A stretch of 46,905 bases of DNA from a virus (Duplodnaviria; Caudoviricetes), in IMG/VR virus record IMGVR_UViG_3300017655_000268, positions 1 to 46,905 of that record; one strand, written 5' to 3'. The position numbers were made by a program, and so were the translations under genes. The notes below the pieces were generated by a model that saw only the letters and a list, made by a program, of their open reading frames with translations, was not told where the DNA came from and ran no database searches. Positions 16,336 to 25,477 of the stretch are shown piece by piece; the stretch's first letter is position 1, and each line of letters opens with the position of its first letter.

Positions 16336-17007
16336 ATGTGTTACCATACCAGTCATCCCGACGAGCGGGCTATCCGCAAGCATTTTAAGTCGCTTGGCAG
16401 CGAATACCAAGGCGAGCGTATCTATCACGTCAGCGGCTTCGTTAGGCCTACACTGCCCGCAATTCTAAACAACAGACCTGATACGGTTGTTCCGGCAAGG
16501 TGGAAGCTGATACCGTTCTGGGTGAAGGATGAAGAAGGTGCTAATAAGTACGCCAACACGCTCAATGCTGAATCGGAATCGATATTCGAAAAAGCCAGCT
16601 ATAAGAACTTCATCACCAAGAACCGGGGCTTGCTGATAGTCGACGGATTCTTCGAACCACACAAGGTAGCTGGGGTGAAAGACACGGAGAATTATTACTT
16701 GCACCTGGAGCATCACGAGCCGTTTACGCTCGGCATTGTCTGGGCCGAGTTCAACGGATACCCCACCTTCAGCGTCATCACAACCAAAGCAAATCCCCAA
16801 CTGGAAGAAATACACAACGAAAAGAAACGAATGCCGTTCGTCGTTGACCCGGTCGATCGTGACGATTGGCTTAATGCGACCGATCCCATTGAGATAAAGC
16901 AGTTGATGCGGCCATGGGATGGCGAATTTTTTGCCCATCGAGTGAGACGGGTTACGGCCATCCGCGGAGAAGATACGAACGTTCCCGAAATTCAGGATCC
17001 AATATGA
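16336..17007 (+). CDS. SRAP/HMCES-family abasic-site protection protein (YedK-like)
   Basis: Start MC (catalytic Cys2), 'WKLIPFW', 'LNAESE', 'DGFFE', 'IHNEKKRMP'. Confidence 0.9.
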   Translation: MCYHTSHPDERAIRKHFKSLGSEYQGERIYHVSGFVRPTLPAILNNRPDTVVPARWKLIPFWVKDEEGANKYANTLNAESESIFEKASYKNFITKNRGLLIVDGFFEPHKVAGVKDTENYYLHLEHHEPFTLGIVWAEFNGYPTFSVITTKANPQLEEIHNEKKRMPFVVDPVDRDDWLNATDPIEIKQLMRPWDGEFFAHRVRRVTAIRGEDTNVPEIQDPI

Positions 17008-17276
17008 GCAGTTACAAAGTATTCACCAATCCGGAAGACTTCCGGATGATCGCCATCGACGAGAACGGTGACGGCTACCTATTCACACCAGACGACGAGT
17101 ACAAGCGCCAGTTTAGCCCAGACCGGTTGATATATAATGATCTCGGCGACCTTTATGTCGGTGAAGAATTGTTTGGCGCAGAGTTCGATAGGAATAAGCT
17201 CGAAGCTGCGTTTAATGCCGTTAACCAATACTGGCGCGACCAAAGCAGCTCCGATGGATTCGATGTCGAGTTCTAG
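17004..17276 (+). CDS. Small acidic hypothetical protein
   Basis: ATGA overlap with SRAP; start MSSYKV. Confidence 0.65.
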   Translation: MSSYKVFTNPEDFRMIAIDENGDGYLFTPDDEYKRQFSPDRLIYNDLGDLYVGEELFGAEFDRNKLEAAFNAVNQYWRDQSSSDGFDVEF

Positions 17277-17487
17277 CCGCCCACAACCCCATATACAACC
17301 CAACAGGCCAGCGCCGCATCAAATACGCCATTCTCAGCGCGTCTAATCGCGCGCGCCACCCTTCACTGGTCCTACTCCATTCTTCATCGTACTGTTACAA
17401 CACGTGGCCCATCGGGCCACACCGCCGATTCCGGCCGCGCCTTACGCGTGCCCGGCCGATTTCGCCCCAAACCCCTCTACCTAATTT

Positions 17488-17746
17488 TGCACGAAAAAAA
17501 TGTAATAATGTAATAGCTTCGCTAAAAAGACTTGAAAAGGGCTGGGAGCGAACAATATAAGTGTGTTACAGTATTACAATTTTTATTGTAATAGAAATAG
17601 TAGTATTACAAATAAAATGTAATGCAAAACCGTGTTACAAAATGCAGTACAAGCCGTTACAACTCTAAATTTAAAAATGTATCGACCCAACATGCTGTAA
17701 AACAATACGTTGTTACATTATTACAACATTACAAAAATTTCGTGCA
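17488..17746. repeat. AT-rich TGTAA/TTACA repeat region bounded by imperfect inverted repeats; candidate replication origin
   Basis: TGCACGAAA..TGTAATAATGTAA (17488-17513) mirrors TTACATTATTACA..TTTCGTGCA (17713-17746); many internal TTACA/TGTAA copies. Confidence 0.55.
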
Positions 17747-17863
17747 CTTAAACCACCTCACATTTGGGAGAGGAATAAACGGGAAAATAACCCGGCGATC
17801 CGCACCGGAAAAGTCCCCCAAAAAACTATCGGAAAATAAATACCATATTTTCAACTTTTCAAC

Positions 17864-18472
17864 TTGAAAATCAGCCACAAAACCCCTATATTAGAGTCAT
17901 CATTTGATTACTTAACTACTCAAACGATGATCGTTCTTATAGATATCAAAAAGCCCATGCTTCGAGAATACCTGCATTCGCAGTTCGCGTACGAAAGCGA
18001 TGCATTCAGCGTATTCCGGCACAACACATTCGGCAAGGCCCTATGTGCATTGGTCAGCAAATCGGATTTACCAGTCAAACACGAACCTTCCGAAAAGACA
18101 ATCCGTATCCGGCTCCCCAACACCAAATCCATTCGAAGCCACCGAAACCATTTCCTCTATTACACTACCGAAGATCAGCTCAAGCTGAACGACCTGCTCG
18201 ACTCCCTATTCGATATCGACTTCGAATCGTATTACCAGGCGGGCATCCGTCTGGGCATGATGCAGAAAGATGTCATCCACAATTTCATCATCAACCGTAA
18301 ATTGGTATCGATGATCGGCGATGTGGAAACGCTCAAGAAAAGGCAGTACCGGAAGCAAAGAAACGACCTCGAAAAGCTGTCAAACCACCTGCTACAGAAG
18401 ATTCACTACCGCGATAGACTCATCAAATCAACGCTCGCAACAGCTTATCGGCTCAATGCCAGTCCGTTGTAG
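17864..18472 (+). CDS. Hypothetical basic protein; candidate late-gene regulator (true start possibly the ATG near 17926)
   Basis: Sits between early and late modules; C-terminal helical basic segment 'DVETLKKRQYRKQR'. Confidence 0.55.
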   Translation: MKISHKTPILESSFDYLTTQTMIVLIDIKKPMLREYLHSQFAYESDAFSVFRHNTFGKALCALVSKSDLPVKHEPSEKTIRIRLPNTKSIRSHRNHFLYYTTEDQLKLNDLLDSLFDIDFESYYQAGIRLGMMQKDVIHNFIINRKLVSMIGDVETLKKRQYRKQRNDLEKLSNHLLQKIHYRDRLIKSTLATAYRLNASPL

Positions 18473-18514
18473 AAAAAATACCCGGTTTTCAACTTTTTAA
18501 CTTGAAAAACAACC

Positions 18515-18901
18515 ATGGAACAACGCATCAATATCATCTGTAGCATCAAGTTCACCAAGCTATCAGACGTCATTCGCTACGTAGACAACCACGACGGTAC
18601 CGCCACCCTCGAGACCAGCCAGCTCACCACCATTCCAATGCATGCCGCCAGCGGCCGGATGACGGTTACAGGCAACCGTACGAACGGTGTCGAGCTATTC
18701 AATACCCAGATCACCGCCCGAATCAAAGAAATCATCCCCATCCGGTGCGTAGGCATCGTATTGGTTGAAGTCTGCAACGATGCCACCTATATAATAGGCA
18801 CCGACGATCTACCCGTCACCATCGAGCCCAATTACACAACCACCCAAAAAGCCATCCAAATAGTCCACCAAAACACTCATATACCACTGAAAACGGCCTA
18901 A
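18515..18901 (+). CDS. Hypothetical protein preceding the head genes
   Basis: 128-aa beta-rich ORF with core codon usage. Confidence 0.65.
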   Translation: MEQRINIICSIKFTKLSDVIRYVDNHDGTATLETSQLTTIPMHAASGRMTVTGNRTNGVELFNTQITARIKEIIPIRCVGIVLVEVCNDATYIIGTDDLPVTIEPNYTTTQKAIQIVHQNTHIPLKTA

Positions 18902-18905
18902 AACC

Positions 18906-18940
18906 GTCCTTTCCACCGCCAGCGCATCAGGGTAATCTTG
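18906..18940 (+). promoter_or_regulatory. Putative phage late promoter 1
   Basis: GTCCTTTC-N19-TAATCTTG upstream of the S49 protease. Confidence 0.7.
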
Positions 18941-18950
18941 CTGAAACAAG

Positions 18951-19883
18951 ATGCCCATGCAACGCATTCTACATTCCAACTGGCAATTCCACCTCATAAG
19001 TACATTACTCCGTGGGCAATTTTTTATTGCTCCAGATCATGCCGTCGCCCTCGCCGGTTCCGTGCAGTCCATCATCAACCGCGACTGGGACGGGTTCAAC
19101 GGAACGACCGACCTAAATGACGAAAAAATACGGTCGAAATTCCCCATCTCCGCCGGTACCGTTGTCGATGGATTCTTTGGCGACCTCGATCAGGCACCAA
19201 AAGGCTCTACAGCCATCATCCCATTAAAAGGCACCATGCTCAAGTACGGCACCTGGTGCAGCTACGGTACCGAAGAGGTAGCCCACGCCATGCGGTCCGC
19301 CGCCGTCCATGCAAACATCAACTCCATCGTATTGGATACCGATTCCGGCGGCGGAAGTGTCGATTCCGTAGCGCCCGTCGTGCAGGCCATCGAGTTTGCT
19401 CGAGGTCTGGGCATCCCAGTCGTAGCATCCGTAGATATGGCATGCTCCGCCGCTTATTGGGCGGCATCCGCCACCGATCGCATCATTGCCGATAATGGCA
19501 TATCAGCCACGGTAGGTTCCATCGGCGTCATGATGTCGTTCTGGGATGTAAAAGGCTATTACGAAAAACTGGGCTACAAGCTGCATACCGTATACGCGCC
19601 CGAATCCGACCATAAAAACCTCGCATTCGAGAATGCATTGAAAGAAGACTACGAGCTCCTCAAGTCCGAAGAGCTATCACCATTGGCCGTCGATTTCCAG
19701 AACAATGTAAAAACAAACCGCCGCGGCAAGCTCAACCTCGAAGAGCCCGGCCTATTGAACGGCAAAACTTTCTACGCACAAAAATCACTGGCCGTTGGCC
19801 TGATCGATGAGATAGGCACGCGCGACCGCGCCATCCAGTACGCCCAGGAGCTAGCCATCCGCAACGAATTTCTCAAATCATAA
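18951..19883 (+). CDS. S49-family (SppA/ClpP-like) prohead protease
   Basis: 'IVLDTDSGGGSV', 'MACSAAYWAAS', 'VGSIGV'; directly upstream of the capsid gene. Confidence 0.9.
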   Translation: MPMQRILHSNWQFHLISTLLRGQFFIAPDHAVALAGSVQSIINRDWDGFNGTTDLNDEKIRSKFPISAGTVVDGFFGDLDQAPKGSTAIIPLKGTMLKYGTWCSYGTEEVAHAMRSAAVHANINSIVLDTDSGGGSVDSVAPVVQAIEFARGLGIPVVASVDMACSAAYWAASATDRIIADNGISATVGSIGVMMSFWDVKGYYEKLGYKLHTVYAPESDHKNLAFENALKEDYELLKSEELSPLAVDFQNNVKTNRRGKLNLEEPGLLNGKTFYAQKSLAVGLIDEIGTRDRAIQYAQELAIRNEFLKS

Positions 19884-19908
19884 TCATTAACCCCCAATCC
19901 CAAAAGCC

Positions 19909-21561
19909 ATGTTTAAAAAGCTGATGACCATCTTCATGACCACGCTAAAAATCCAAGCATTCTCCAAAGATGCCTCCGGTAAAAGCGTGCTTACTGAAGA
20001 CCAACGAACGAAACTCGAAGGTTTGTTCGGAAAAGAAGCCGTAACCAAATTCGAAACGCAGCTCGCGGATTTCAAAGAAGAAACCGCAGACAATGACGCC
20101 GAAGACCTAGTAGCGGCTATACGCGACCACAACGCTCAGACGGTTGCCAACAACCTGACGGAACTGCAACAACAGTTGGCCCAAGCCAATGCCGACAAAG
20201 AAACGCTGCAAGCCACCGTCGCCCGGTTAAGCGAAGAGCCAGAGCAGGCTCCCAAACCCGAAGGCGAAAGCAAACTGCCCCGCAAAGCCGGAGTAGCCAA
20301 GGTAATGAACGTCAACATGGCGTTGCCGCACTACCAAGCGGCATCCGATTTTCTGCGCAACGGCGTATTCACCGGTGCGTCTACCGCCACCATCGATGTC
20401 ATTGACATCAAAAACGAATTTGGCACGTTCTTGAGCCAAGACCAAAACAACTTGGAAATCATCCGCCAGCTGTTCCAAGACTTCACGTCGGCCAAGTATT
20501 TCCGCACCGTGCCTGCCACGACGAAATACAAGGCCATGCAAGCACTCATCAACAGCGTGGTGCAACAGTTCAGCCCCAAGTGGACACCCGCCGGAAACAC
20601 CAAGTTCACCCCCTTGGTCATCGAGAACCGGCGCCACAAAATCAACTTCCCCATCATCCCGGCCCAGGTGCTCGATTCGTACCTTTTCTACCTGTACGAC
20701 GAAGGTCTTGCACCCGATCAGATGCCCATCACCAAGTACATCTGGGATACGCTAGTATATCCCCAAATCTTGGAAGATATTGAGCTGCGAATGCTCGGCA
20801 AGGGTAAATATGTCGAACACGAATGGAGCTCCATCAGCGAAGGCGACGCCGGTACTCCGCCAGAAGATGGCATGGACGGTGTAGAAACCATTCTGGTGCA
20901 GCAAAAGTCACTCGGAGCCAACAGCCGGGTCAATTTCTTCACACCCACCGCGCCATTCGACTTCACCAACGCAACGGACCAAGAAGTGCTCGATTTCGTA
21001 GAAGAATTCGTCGACTGGATCAGTCCGTTCTACCGAAACAAAGCAATGAACATCCACTGTTCTCACGAGTTTTGGAAACGGTACCGTCGTGCTTACAAAA
21101 AAGTTTGGGGAACCAATTCCGGGCAATCAGGCGATTTCGGAAACGACAAGATCGATTTCTCGCAGCAAACATTGGTTCCGTTAGATTGCCTCTACGGCTC
21201 ACCCATCTTGTGGAGCACACCAGCGCAAAACCAGGTGAAACTTCGCCACAAAAACGAAGTGCCCATGGTCATCAACGACGTACAAAAAATCAACTACGAG
21301 GTGCGCCTGTTCGGTGAATTCTGGTTCGCCGCTGGTTTCGCTATTGCCGAAGCCGTGTTTGCCTACGTGCCGTCCGGTTACGATCCGCAAGCCAAGCTCA
21401 CCGCCACTTACGGCACTTCAACCAAGTTCCGTGATGGTACCGATCCACGCAGCGAGTCGGATATCTACGAAGACATGCCGGGCGATGCCGACAGCTATCC
21501 AGCCGATAGCTCATCATCAACCGGTTCGTCATCATCATCCGGTAGCGGCAGCGGCGTGTAG
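19909..21561 (+). CDS. Major capsid protein with N-terminal scaffold-like coiled coil and Ser/Gly-rich C-terminal tail
   Basis: Follows the protease; N-terminal coiled coil, core of HK97-like size, downstream hairpin. Confidence 0.8.
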   Translation: MFKKLMTIFMTTLKIQAFSKDASGKSVLTEDQRTKLEGLFGKEAVTKFETQLADFKEETADNDAEDLVAAIRDHNAQTVANNLTELQQQLAQANADKETLQATVARLSEEPEQAPKPEGESKLPRKAGVAKVMNVNMALPHYQAASDFLRNGVFTGASTATIDVIDIKNEFGTFLSQDQNNLEIIRQLFQDFTSAKYFRTVPATTKYKAMQALINSVVQQFSPKWTPAGNTKFTPLVIENRRHKINFPIIPAQVLDSYLFYLYDEGLAPDQMPITKYIWDTLVYPQILEDIELRMLGKGKYVEHEWSSISEGDAGTPPEDGMDGVETILVQQKSLGANSRVNFFTPTAPFDFTNATDQEVLDFVEEFVDWISPFYRNKAMNIHCSHEFWKRYRRAYKKVWGTNSGQSGDFGNDKIDFSQQTLVPLDCLYGSPILWSTPAQNQVKLRHKNEVPMVINDVQKINYEVRLFGEFWFAAGFAIAEAVFAYVPSGYDPQAKLTATYGTSTKFRDGTDPRSESDIYEDMPGDADSYPADSSSSTGSSSSSGSGSGV

Positions 21562-21584
21562 CCACGGCCAAGTAACAGATAACA

Positions 21585-21612
21585 GCCAGCGCCAATACGG
21601 CGCTGGCCTTTC
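21585..21612 (+). terminator. Hairpin after the capsid gene (weak terminator or mRNA stabiliser)
   Basis: GCCAGCGCC-aatac-GGCGCTGGC followed by CTTTC. Confidence 0.55.
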
Positions 21613-21636
21613 AAAAACCATCGAAAAAATTTCACC

Positions 21637-22197
21637 ATGTACGTAAATGCATCAGTACCAAAAAAACGCGGACCCGTAGGCGCTCCGCGTCCTAAGAACC
21701 CCACCATCCTGCTGTTCAACACACGCGATGTGGTGGCCGACCCAACTCGCGACGATAAAGGCGTCCTGGTAACGGGCGACCTAGAACTCAAGCCCGGAGC
21801 CGTTGGCATCGGTATCTACGCCACGCCGTCATCCATCACTCGGGGTAAAACCATTGAAGGCGACGAAGATGCCGAAGGTATCGTCGACAACCTCGGTTTC
21901 GCACACCCAGGCAATTCGCTTGAAATCGACGAGTTCATCCAGAACAATCTGGGCGAAGGGTTTTTGGCCATTTCCCGCGAATGCGGCGACGGACTTGGTA
22001 ACCGGTTACACGGCACCATCTGCAACCCGATGAAGTTCACACTCGAAGGCCAGGACGACAATGAAGCCGTCCGCAATACCTTCACGTTTACACAGCCGCT
22101 GCCTTCCAACCTGATGCCAGCCCACTACCGTGGCGCCATCCCGGCAGTGGCACCCGATCCCGATGAAGGATCATCATCTGGAAGTTCCGGCGTTTAG
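21637..22197 (+). CDS. Probable major tail tube protein with Ser/Gly-rich C-terminus
   Basis: 186-aa acidic beta-rich protein ('FAHPGNSLEIDEF', 'RLHGTICNPM', 'NTFTF'), followed by a terminator. Confidence 0.6.
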   Translation: MYVNASVPKKRGPVGAPRPKNPTILLFNTRDVVADPTRDDKGVLVTGDLELKPGAVGIGIYATPSSITRGKTIEGDEDAEGIVDNLGFAHPGNSLEIDEFIQNNLGEGFLAISRECGDGLGNRLHGTICNPMKFTLEGQDDNEAVRNTFTFTQPLPSNLMPAHYRGAIPAVAPDPDEGSSSGSSGV

Positions 22198-22216
22198 CCA
22201 TTTCCTCCATAACAAT

Positions 22217-22249
22217 GCCCCGCGGTTCCGAACGGTCCGCGGGGTTTTT
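22217..22249 (+). terminator. Intrinsic terminator
   Basis: GCCCCGCGG...CCGCGGGGT followed by a T-run. Confidence 0.7.
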
Positions 22250-22278
22250 AACCAATCGTCCATCAAAATCTCAACACC

Positions 22279-23316
22279 ATGGCAACAACCAAAAAAGCAC
22301 CAGCGAAAAGTAAATCGCAAAAAGCAAGTAAGCAGACCACCCATAAGCGACCAGAAAATGACACCAAGCAACAAAAAGCTGCCGATATCGATGTCACAGA
22401 TATTGCAGCAACAGCAACCGTCACAGCGACTGATAGCGCACCTGCCGGACCCGCTGATGAAGCATCTGGCGAACCCGCCGTCGTTCAAGAGACAGTACAT
22501 GAACAATCCAGCACCGGACAATCCGGAACAATCGAAGAGCAAGTCATCACGGTATTGATTCCCTACCTGGCCAGTGCCGCCGCCGGTGGCGAACTCAAAC
22601 ACGCCCTCCGTACCTGGGAGCAAAACTACCAAGGCGATTTCCGCGTAGTTGTCGTAGGCGAGCGCGAAGACTGGTTCAGCGACGAAATCACGCATCTACC
22701 CATAGATGTCCATATGGTCGACGAAGATTGTGGATGCGACAACCCGAAGAAGATCCGCAACCCGCAGGCCGACGTGGCCCACAAACTACTGTACGCCATC
22801 ACCAGCGGAACCGTCAACGGGCAATTCATCCTCACCAACGACGACATCTTCCTACTGGGGCCAACCACGTTGAGCGAACTGCAGCAGCCCAAAATATTGG
22901 GCAACCTGACCGACATCAACAAAAAAGGCATGTACGGCGATAATGCCCGACGCACCTCCAGCATGCTGAAATCTGCCGGAAAAGCAACGCTCAACTACGG
23001 AACCCACACACCCATGGTGCTGGATTCCGAAAAACTGGCCGACACCATCCGCGGCTACAAAGCGCTCGATAAAGGCGTGCTGCTCACATCGGCATACTTC
23101 AACCACCACCAGCCCGAACCCCGTGGCCTAATCAAACTGAACGGCGCGCTCAACGGCACCATTCTCATTTCGGTATATTCCGAAAACCCGCCGCTCGACG
23201 TCGTGCAAACCGCCCTCAAACGGCGCAAGTACCTCAATTGCAATACCCGTGGATGGAAGAAAATCAGCCACATATTCGAGGAAGCATATCCCGAAAAATC
23301 CCGGTTCGAAGTTTAA
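22279..23316 (+). CDS. Stealth-family-like (hexose-1-phosphate transferase / GT-A-like) protein
   Basis: 'VLIPY', 'ELKHALRTWEQN..VVVVGEREDWF' and 'FILTNDDIFL' match Stealth CR2 (ELRYSLRS...F.Y.NDD.F); 'YGTHTPM'; low-complexity N-terminus. Confidence 0.7.
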   Translation: MATTKKAPAKSKSQKASKQTTHKRPENDTKQQKAADIDVTDIAATATVTATDSAPAGPADEASGEPAVVQETVHEQSSTGQSGTIEEQVITVLIPYLASAAAGGELKHALRTWEQNYQGDFRVVVVGEREDWFSDEITHLPIDVHMVDEDCGCDNPKKIRNPQADVAHKLLYAITSGTVNGQFILTNDDIFLLGPTTLSELQQPKILGNLTDINKKGMYGDNARRTSSMLKSAGKATLNYGTHTPMVLDSEKLADTIRGYKALDKGVLLTSAYFNHHQPEPRGLIKLNGALNGTILISVYSENPPLDVVQTALKRRKYLNCNTRGWKKISHIFEEAYPEKSRFEV

Positions 23317-23376
23317 TTTGGTTTGCCAGCCCGATGGTGCCGGACCCGTGCCGGTGCCATCATTATTTACCACACC

Positions 23377-23784
23377 ATGAAGAAACTCACCCTTTGCCGT
23401 ACCTACCACATCAACGGCACCAACGGACTGCTATACAACGAGCAGGGCGACTTGCTTTGTTATACCATCGAATTGCCTTGGCGCAACAATCGCATCCAAG
23501 AATCATGCATTCCCGAAGGCACCTACCAGCTCACCAAGCGGTACAGCCAGAAATTCAAGCACCACATCCACTTGGAAGAAGTGCCCGATCGCAGCCTGAT
23601 ACTTATCCATCCAGCCAACAACGCAGCCACCGAGCTGCTCGGATGCATCGCACCCGTCACCAGACTCACCGGCCCCGGTACCGGCAATAGTTCCCGCATC
23701 CAGTTCAACAAAATCAAAGACATGGTCTATGGCTGGATCGACCAAGGCGAAGAAGTATACCTCGAAATCAAAGAAAACAAATAA
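23377..23784 (+). CDS. DUF5675-family putative endolysin
   Basis: 'TNGLL....CYTIELPW..N....SCIPEGTY', 'VPDRSLILIHPAN....LLGCIAP'. Confidence 0.8.
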   Translation: MKKLTLCRTYHINGTNGLLYNEQGDLLCYTIELPWRNNRIQESCIPEGTYQLTKRYSQKFKHHIHLEEVPDRSLILIHPANNAATELLGCIAPVTRLTGPGTGNSSRIQFNKIKDMVYGWIDQGEEVYLEIKENK

Positions 23785-24110
23785 TGGAAAATCAAACATT
23801 CGAACAGGCCTACGAGGCAATGGAAAAAGGAAACACCGCCCGTCGCAAAGCGTGGCCGAAAAACGTATTCGCATTCATGCGCCCAGAAGATGACCTTCCA
23901 ATCGGCGTACTGCTAGGTGCCAAATCACTTCCCAGGAAAGTGAAAGACTACTTCGAGCGAAAACATCAACCAATAGTAGACCCCAACCAAGCACAAATTA
24001 AGTGCACAAAGTATTTGTGCATAAAGAATGAAGCCGACGAAATCCAAAACGGATGGGCTCCTGGCGATGCAGACATCAAATCGACGGATTGGGAATATGA
24101 CGAATATTAA
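23784..24110 (+). CDS. DUF2829 / Thoeris anti-defense Tad2-like protein
   Basis: 'TFEQAYEAMEKG..ARRKAW' N-terminus and 'GWAPGDADIKSTDW' C-terminus. Confidence 0.75.
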   Translation: MENQTFEQAYEAMEKGNTARRKAWPKNVFAFMRPEDDLPIGVLLGAKSLPRKVKDYFERKHQPIVDPNQAQIKCTKYLCIKNEADEIQNGWAPGDADIKSTDWEYDEY

Positions 24111-24822
24111 GGATTCCGTAACCCAATGGCTGCAAGCCGGTGCCGACTACGACGCCGGGCTGCAGCTCTATGTCAAAGCCGTGGGCAAAGGCCATCCAAC
24201 CATTTACATCCTACGCATAAAAACCGAAGCTAACTACAAGCTGCTCGTCAAATCCCTATGCCACCGTGCTGGTATCACCCCGCCCAGCCCCCAAAAAAAC
24301 CACCTCAAAAAAGAAAATTCGCTATCATCCGCTCAATCAGCGTCATCCGCGTCTAATAACAGGAAGCTCCGCGCCGATTACACCTTCCTATCCGAACCCG
24401 GCACCCCGCCCGAACTCAAAGTTCTAGTCAGCAATAAAATCACAGCCTACCACGAATACAAAGCCGCCCACGCCAAACTATTCGATTGCACCACGCTAGA
24501 CGAAGAATTGAATACGGTCCGCACCCTCGCCGAAAACTACATCGAAAACCACGCGATCCATCAGGAGCTATCGTACTACCAAACGAACCGAACCATTCTC
24601 GGAAAACACCCCATCTTCGAAGAAATGCAGCGCCTAAAGCATTTTAGAAACATGTCCACCGTCGACCTATACAAACGCAAACGCAACATCGAACACAACA
24701 TCTGGCGCATCGAAAAACTAATTACTGAAGGAAAAAAGCCACACCTGGACTTTGACCGCCGCCGTAAAATTCAATCATACCAGCAGGAATTACTAGAAAT
24801 CAGTAAGTTTATCAAAGAATGA
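24097..24822 (+). CDS. Hypothetical phage protein (start MTNIKD)
   Basis: Core codon usage; 'LRADYTFL...PPELKVL', 'ELSYYQ...ILGKHPIF'. Confidence 0.7.
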   Translation: MTNIKDSVTQWLQAGADYDAGLQLYVKAVGKGHPTIYILRIKTEANYKLLVKSLCHRAGITPPSPQKNHLKKENSLSSAQSASSASNNRKLRADYTFLSEPGTPPELKVLVSNKITAYHEYKAAHAKLFDCTTLDEELNTVRTLAENYIENHAIHQELSYYQTNRTILGKHPIFEEMQRLKHFRNMSTVDLYKRKRNIEHNIWRIEKLITEGKKPHLDFDRRRKIQSYQQELLEISKFIKE

Positions 24823-24847
24823 ATACCTTTGCTTAAAAGAAACCATT

Positions 24848-25408
24848 ATGGAAGGTAATTATCAATACACAATTGATATTTTGTCAATAGTCTTATCGGC
24901 ATTAGCATTGATATGCACGGCAATCATAGGTTATTCACAGTTTGTAACACAAAAAAAGGTAGATCGAATTCAAACTGAAAATGGAGAAGCGATACTTATC
25001 AATTTGGTGGTTAAATACTTTATCACATTTTACAATTCAATCGACAAAAAAAATGCGAAGCAAGCAACAATAAAAACTGATCAACATTCACAATTATTGT
25101 TTTTGACAGCGTGTGAGGATTTTAGAGACGGACTTAAGCGGTTACAATCTAGTCCATATTTTGTGAAATTATTGAATATTTATCCAGACATTCCTATGCT
25201 TGAATACTCGTTAGTTGCTCGGATTGGGTATTTGAAAAATACACATCCTATACCAACAATTGATGGTGCCTTATATAAGTACATGTTTCTTCTGTTTGAA
25301 AAAGTTAAAACCAATAGCAGCTCATCCTTAAGTAAACTTGAAGTTATAAACAAATTGTATGAGGGCTTGCTACAATTAAATACGCAAAACCCCCAATTGA
25401 TGAAATAA
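24848..25408 (+). CDS. AT-rich moron membrane protein
   Basis: N-terminal TM; sharp GC drop; TACCTTTG -7 box at 24824-24831. Confidence 0.7.
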   Translation: MEGNYQYTIDILSIVLSALALICTAIIGYSQFVTQKKVDRIQTENGEAILINLVVKYFITFYNSIDKKNAKQATIKTDQHSQLLFLTACEDFRDGLKRLQSSPYFVKLLNIYPDIPMLEYSLVARIGYLKNTHPIPTIDGALYKYMFLLFEKVKTNSSSSLSKLEVINKLYEGLLQLNTQNPQLMK

Positions 25409-25412
25409 TTAA

Positions 25413-25447
25413 GTCCTTTCCCCATCACCCGCCTCCCCATACCTTAG
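25413..25447 (+). promoter_or_regulatory. Putative phage late promoter 2
   Basis: GTCCTTTC-N19-TACCTTAG upstream of the terminase genes. Confidence 0.72.
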
Positions 25448-25477
25448 CCACTATCCGCCCAAACGCGGATTTTGGCA

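Noticed and set aside
17622-17867. 81-aa ORF in the AT-rich region
   Set aside because: It runs through the repeat array with atypical composition; probably spurious
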